Source of the DNA: Halocafeteria seosinensis
Taxonomy: Eukaryota
Assembly (NCBI GenBank): GCA_001687465.1
Contig: LVLI01000080.1
Coordinates: forward strand, 124,001 to 188,000
DNA length: 64,000 bases
Reading direction: 5' to 3'
Below the pieces are notes generated by a model that was not told where the DNA came from, did not search any database, and saw nothing but the letters and a program-made list of their open reading frames with translations. A program made the position numbers and the translations under genes. This document shows, piece after piece, positions 58,660 through 64,000 of this stretch (position 1 is its first letter; every line of letters begins with the position of its first letter).

Positions 58660-61320
58660 ATGTTATGCAATCGACATGGCCCCAGAAGAGTGGCGNGACT
58701 CTTAAACGCCACCAAATCATGCACCCCAAGCCGGAGAACATCAGGTCCTCTAGCCCAAACAAGGATATTATGGACAACAGATCACCCGTATGCACTTAAT
58801 ACAAATCAGCATAGTCGAATGCAGCAGCACGTGTATCCACGGGAACGTCATGTGGACCGAGATATGGAATATAGGGAGTATAATACGGCCTCCTTGGAAG
58901 CCAAACGAAGCCAGATTACCATTAATTTGCGCCAAGCTACCGCCGATAGACACGTGAACGGTAGCAGTAAACACAGACAACAAGTAGACAATTGTTCTCC
59001 GGCGATGAATGGGCAATATAACCCTAATAACGTGAATGGATCTGCCGTCGTTCAGGAACACCCCTCAGTGGAACAACTTGCGCACCATGGACATGTTCAG
59101 GAAGAAGATTTACTTTTGCGTTTATACAAAGCGCGACACTCTGAGAACCCTTTTCACGGGATGCAGTCACTTGTCGAGTGTTGCCGACAGCGCTTAGAAA
59201 CTGGCGCAGGGTCTCCCCAGGAAGATCGACTGTATGTAGCGTGGAGAATTAGTGACAACGCAGCGAAATTGAGCTTCAGATCAGAACGATGGAACCGCGA
59301 AAGAGGAAGCGCCTCACTGAATATCAGCAGAGGGAAATTCCTTACAAAGACGAAACAGGAAGAATCTCTTGCTGCCATGGGTATCTCACAGGGAGACGCC
59401 GAAGTAATAATTGATGCGATGCGGAAGGAACTGGCTGATATCTCTTCGTATGACCCAACGAGCAAGGGAATCGGCATGCTTGCGAACATCGCTGAAAATA
59501 TGCATACACTAAATTTGCATGGCCCTCTTACCAAAGGAGCGTATAGGAATCTAATGATGACGTTGGGAAGCTGCTCCACTGAGCTATGTGTGTCGGAGAT
59601 GCAGCCGTGGGAACAAAAGTTATTCGATGAAGACGGCAAGCAGACCTTGCATATGCTTGCTTTGGGTGCATTGGCAAACCTTGCTGCTGGTTTCGGTTGG
59701 TTTTTGTATGGTGAATACCAACGACGACATGGCCTCCCGGTCGAGCGCTGCGGGTCGAACCCACGGCGTCCTCTTGAAGAGGCCCAACACTCGATTTATC
59801 TGATCAAGTACCTAGCACAGCTTTCTTCAGGACAGTCGGCCGAACGTGAAATAGCGTTGAAGCAGAGAGGAGAGGAGCATCCCCTCAAAGGGTTTGTTTG
59901 CGCTTCTGCTGCTACTATCATTGAAACAATTTCAGAACTTTCTATGAAAGAACTGAGAGAACTCATTGAATCCCTGGCTAGAACTACGCATATTCCCGAC
60001 ACTGCTTGTTTGGGGCATGCGTGGAAAACCTTAACTCTGTCTGTTGCTTTAGAGACGCTAAACCGGTACGACCACGAAGATGAAGCTGAGGCGCAGCGAG
60101 TGACGTTTTCTGACCTTTATCAAGTGCTTAGTTGCGGTGCTGCCGTGGATCGTGCGACTTCCGGACTTACAAAAGAGAGGCCTGATAATGAAGTGAATCC
60201 CATGCTGACGGAAATGGAGGAGAATCTGCTATGTTTACTCAATACACAATATAGCAGGTACGCTGGAGCCAACCAACACCTGGACACCAGTGGACTCTGG
60301 TTCATTCTCGAGGATGTCGCTAGGGATTGTATTTCGATGAAAAGGACATTTTCGCGTACCGAATCGACTTCCTACAACACAGCTGCTTTTCGTTGGTTGG
60401 ATTCCGCTTCAACAATTTCCGCCGCAAACGGCGTTCGTTCTCTTCAGGAAACAAGTAGAATGAATAGTGAATTGATTGACGTTCTTCACCTGTCCATGGA
60501 TTGCGATCATGTTTTCGACAAGCTCGGACATGACGATACGACGTTAGCTTCACTTCTCGGATTAGCAGAGACAGCTCAACTGGACGCGAAGGAAATGCAG
60601 CAGCTGATGAAGTTACTTTCTTCGGCTACTGAAATTGATAGTCTTTCAAGCTGTAGCAATTATTCGAATCGAGTCCGTAACCTCGTTGTAGACTCTATTT
60701 ATTGGAGCGGAGATACAAACGAAGCATGGAGAACGACACTCTTCGCAATCCCCCTCATTGCCAAATTAACTACCAATAACGGGATTTTAATCGAAGGGCC
60801 ATTGTTTGCATCGATGAACCTTTATATCGATGCCTTTCAGAGTAACAGGGATAAGTTTGCTAGTCTTGCCTTGAGCAGGAAGGTGGCAATATGTGATGCT
60901 TTAGCTACACTTCTGGAGCACCCTCGTTGGAGAAGTACACCGGAGCTGGTGGAACCCTTGAGAGATGTTTGCTGGGAGCTGTTGAATAGCTCCCATCAGG
61001 TCCAAAAGATCTTGAAAACTCGAAACGAGGATGCGAGAGTGATGAGAGGACTACCATGCCAAGAACCTGTGTTTCTGTCGCCTCGTTTGCACTCAGTTCC
61101 TGTTCACGAACGCCAGGACCTCAAATGGCGTTCCGTTTTCCTAGAGCAAACTCAACGTAAGATCCAAGAGGAGTGGAATTACTTGCTTACGGTACTACAT
61201 CGGTGCGCAGTGGTCTGTGGCTCTGCCTCTGGTCTAGTCGACAAATTGGATAAGACGCTACAGTGGCTCAACGAAAGACGCTTTTGTAGCACTAAAACTA
61301 CCAGCGAGAAAGAAGATTGA
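58660..61320 (+). CDS. Hypothetical large alpha-helical protein (single exon)
   Basis: About 886-aa ORF from ATG 58660 (start uncertain), Leu/Ala/Glu-rich. No family recognised. Confidence 0.75.
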   Translation: MLCNRHGPRRVAXLLNATKSCTPSRRTSGPLAQTRILWTTDHPYALNTNQHSRMQQHVYPRERHVDRDMEYREYNTASLEAKRSQITINLRQATADRHVNGSSKHRQQVDNCSPAMNGQYNPNNVNGSAVVQEHPSVEQLAHHGHVQEEDLLLRLYKARHSENPFHGMQSLVECCRQRLETGAGSPQEDRLYVAWRISDNAAKLSFRSERWNRERGSASLNISRGKFLTKTKQEESLAAMGISQGDAEVIIDAMRKELADISSYDPTSKGIGMLANIAENMHTLNLHGPLTKGAYRNLMMTLGSCSTELCVSEMQPWEQKLFDEDGKQTLHMLALGALANLAAGFGWFLYGEYQRRHGLPVERCGSNPRRPLEEAQHSIYLIKYLAQLSSGQSAEREIALKQRGEEHPLKGFVCASAATIIETISELSMKELRELIESLARTTHIPDTACLGHAWKTLTLSVALETLNRYDHEDEAEAQRVTFSDLYQVLSCGAAVDRATSGLTKERPDNEVNPMLTEMEENLLCLLNTQYSRYAGANQHLDTSGLWFILEDVARDCISMKRTFSRTESTSYNTAAFRWLDSASTISAANGVRSLQETSRMNSELIDVLHLSMDCDHVFDKLGHDDTTLASLLGLAETAQLDAKEMQQLMKLLSSATEIDSLSSCSNYSNRVRNLVVDSIYWSGDTNEAWRTTLFAIPLIAKLTTNNGILIEGPLFASMNLYIDAFQSNRDKFASLALSRKVAICDALATLLEHPRWRSTPELVEPLRDVCWELLNSSHQVQKILKTRNEDARVMRGLPCQEPVFLSPRLHSVPVHERQDLKWRSVFLEQTQRKIQEEWNYLLTVLHRCAVVCGSASGLVDKLDKTLQWLNERRFCSTKTTSEKED

Positions 61321-61333
61321 ATGGATAAGAGTT

Positions 61334-61770
61334 TGATTCCGGTATCTATTCTAATGGTATCACCGTTTTCAGCCTCGCGGAGTTCTTCTTCAGCGGTACT
61401 ATGGTCTAAACCGCCATAGTCCTTAACGAAAAAAATTTTTGAACTCATATCCGTCCCGCACCTTTTCCGTTGTGACAACACCCCGTTGATGCCCTACCAC
61501 TTGGTCGTCGCGTCCATGAAAGATGTAAATTGGTGTATCTAATGCCGCTGACGACACTGTAGTATCATTAGCGTTCGCAAGATAACCGCTCTTCACTGGA
61601 ATTCCTGCATTGGTTGATGGCTGCTGGAGACCAGTGTACAGTGCTAACGCTCCACCCTGACTAAAGCCACGAATAACAAAATTCCTGGCAGGAATACTGT
61701 TGTCAATTTCCTATCGTTAGCTGGCATACCTGCTACCACAAAACGAACAACATGGAATGGTTCACAGATA
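61334..61770 (-). pseudogene. Frameshifted tandem copy of the last exon of the thioesterase gene
   Basis: Continuous similarity with 61882-62272 (for example ttggtcgtcgcgtcc and ccctgactaaagccac). Includes the stop, the start of the 3'UTR and the intron acceptor (catacctg). GGFSQGG is changed to RGFSQGG, with indels. Confidence 0.93.
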
Positions 61771-61893
61771 GGTCAGCGACGTGGTAGAAAACATGGTCTG
61801 TTGTCACAGCAGCATCCGATGCGGAAGCTCAAAAGAAGCGAAGGAAACTATTTGTGAAGAATCTTCAGGTAATGCTGAGCATGATTCCAATGT

Positions 61894-63085
61894 CTATTCT
61901 GATGGTATCACTGTTTTCAGCCATGCGGATACATCGCGGAGTTCTTTTTCTGAGGCACCATGGTCCAAACCATCATAGTCCTTAAACTGAACAGATTTGA
62001 CGCCATACTCGTCTCGCACTTTTTCCATGGTGGCAACACCCCATTGATGCTTGACTAGTTGGTCGTCGCGTCCGTGGAAGAAGTGAATTGGCGTATCTAG
62101 TGCTGCTGCGGACACCGTGAGGTTTTCGGCATTAGGAAGATAGCCGCTCTTCACTAGAATTCCTGCATAGCTGGACGGTTGCTGGAGTCCCGTATATAAC
62201 CCTAATGCTCCGCCCTGACTAAAGCCACCAATAACAATATTCTTGGCAGGAATGCCATTCTCAATTTCCTTCTGAAGAACCCACTCAATATGTTGGCGAG
62301 ATTGCTCTATTCCATCGCAGCTTTGGTTGGCTCTATCAGCATCGAGTGACTTGATGTCATACCTGTCCCCAAACAGAATAGCATAGAATAACTCAAAGAA
62401 AGACCGTTATCTCTCTGACACACTTGTAGAGAGTACTTACCATGAAGGCATTTCCATACCCATATTCAAAGTGACGGGTTGTGTGGGAGCTGAAGGCAGA
62501 ATAAATTTCACCTTCCCGTGAAGTGCCGGCAGATAATGCTTCACTACGGGTTCAAGCCATCCTTCGCATGTATCGCCCAGCCCATGCATGACTAACACCG
62601 CGTGAGTGGCGCCCTGCAGTGGTGAATACGAAGGCGGTCGTCCGTAGAATTCAAGCACGGCGCAGGGACAATCAGCGTACCTCGATGGGATCAATGACCA
62701 ACTGTGGGTTCAACGAGCTATTCGGGTACTCATACAGAGTGACACGGTACTTATCCTCCGACAATGTGAGCCGACTAGCGGGTATGCTCCTGGGTTGGGG
62801 CTCATCCTTAACCAGAGGACTGTTCGTGGTGGACATCTTTCTCCCTCTATTATGACTGGGGTCCGCAGTGCGTCCAGAAGAGAATATTTGATATTTCCGC
62901 GCGGACTGTTGCTCTAGAGCTTCCGTTCTTGCAATGTTCGGAACGGTGGCAGAAAACAAGGACGAGGAAGTGGAAAGTGTGGCTAATACAGCAAAGCTTC
63001 TCCAGGATGTCCACCTCGAACAACGAGGTCGCAAGGAAGGCCGCCACACGCTACGCACCACTCCATTCAACGATACCTGAGACAT
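61894..63085 (-). CDS. Acyl-protein thioesterase / lysophospholipase (LYPLA1/2-like) with an N-terminal extension (3 exons)
   Basis: [55 protein letters not shown] and YDGLDHG (Ser-Asp-His triad). Confidence 0.93.
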
Positions 63086-63149
63086 AGCTGTGCGTGTTCT
63101 ATAGATTGATACTATTTACAACACCAATCCCAAAGGGAAATATCGCTAA

Positions 63150-63320
63150 CTACGTGTGCATGTCAGCCGGACGCACACTGTTTGAAAGCCGTCTGCTTCG
63201 CATCTGAGTCATGAGATAATCTGACACGGGATCCCTTGACCCAGGAATTACAGGTGCGGTTCTCATGTAGGAAGCTCCAATACCCAGGAATTCCATAATA
63301 CAATATTTTTTTAGCCCCAT
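63150..63320 (-). pseudogene. Possible second, older thioesterase remnant upstream of the gene
   Basis: ataatacaatatttttta (63296) vs ataacaatattcttg (62231). AK-NIV-IMEFLGIGA vs [14 protein letters not shown]; VSDYL vs KSGYL. Confidence 0.4.
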
Positions 63321-64000
63321 GGGTGCGCGATTGGTGACTTGGGCAATACATATGTACCCAAGTACTTGAGTCACTGTCACCTACAGGTGACCGGCCGTTG
63401 CACCTTCGGGAAGTGACTTTCCACTGAGTATGTGGTGGTCGTATGAGTTCCTAGGGAACGCCAGGCTGCGTCACCAGCGGGACATTGGTTCACATAATAC
63501 GAAGCCTATCGGCATTGTTTGCAGTTCGAACATGGGTTACAATCTTTTATCCCGTCTCATTCGCTAGCTCAGTTCCCAAGCAGGGCGGACCCTTTCGACA
63601 ACCACAATGAGCGCGATGCAAAGAGGGGCAAAAGGAATCGCGGAAACAAAGATAGGATTGGCCTGGTGCGCCGCACGCTGCCGGGGCCGATCAGCAATCA
63701 CTCGAAGTTTGGAGGAGTTCAAGAGAAATTCTTCATCCATCATGTTATCCATATTAGTATTGCTCCTACCGGAAGACCTGCTAACATTGCTGAACAGCCG
63801 TCACTATTATTTTCCTCGTTAGGAGAGACATACATGCAAACTTGTAACTGAGTATTGTACAATGTGTACTGTATGACAACGTCCCATTCGGCACGTATAA
63901 TACGTCGTATTATGGTACATATTTCCGCTCAGGAAGTTGTACACATACACCCACATATGACAGGCCAGGAAGTTGACCGCATCCTCTTAGCGAGGAGCGA

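Noticed and set aside
10651..58697. Two ambiguous n bases (10651 and 58697)
   Set aside because: Assembly or heterozygosity ambiguity; both reading frames stay open.
342..63085. Functional cluster of mitochondrial genes (MTFMT, PTC7, AUH, GatC) or chromatin genes (DOT1, UBR7, SCC3)
   Set aside because: They are interspersed with unrelated genes over tens of kb; this is expected by chance in a gene-dense genome.
1..64000. Prokaryotic operon, defence island, CRISPR array or intact mobile element
   Set aside because: Genes are spliceosomal-intron eukaryotic genes. I saw no repeat-spacer array, transposase/RT/integrase ORF or terminal repeats.
1..64000. Non-canonical introns, alternative genetic code, or stop codons completed by polyadenylation
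   Set aside because: Every gene model I assembled works with GT-AG introns and genomically encoded TAA/TAG/TGA stops.

Overview
Compact, intron-containing eukaryotic (protist) chromosome segment, about 47% GC by eye, standard genetic code, GT-AG introns mostly 60-90 nt. A heterotrophic flagellate such as a stramenopile is plausible, but the sequence alone does not prove it. I can support 26 protein-coding genes. Recognisable ones: MTFMT, an LRR protein, a DOT1-like methyltransferase, a Trf4/TENT4-like poly(A) polymerase, a CBS-PTC7 phosphatase fusion, a signal/TM-TPR-JmjC protein, a CFAP20-domain protein, TFIIF-beta, CCDC22, a BUD22-motif protein, a WD40 protein, a TM-RING-H2 protein, AUH, RPL30, a PH-UBL-coiled-coil protein, GatC, a WD40-UBR7 fusion, SCC3/STAG, PPP4C, RRP43, RGS-PH, FAH, ADF/cofilin and an acyl-protein thioesterase. 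I found no rRNA, tRNA, CRISPR array or intact transposon. The most striking unexplained structure is between the genes: most intergenic spacers longer than about 300 bp appear to be decayed, same-strand, deletion-shortened copies ('shadows') of the immediately adjacent gene. I found about 16 candidates, from unmistakable (thioesterase, LRR, MTFMT) to recognisable only as colinear peptide motifs, and several retain splice sites. All alignments were made by eye and need computational confirmation.
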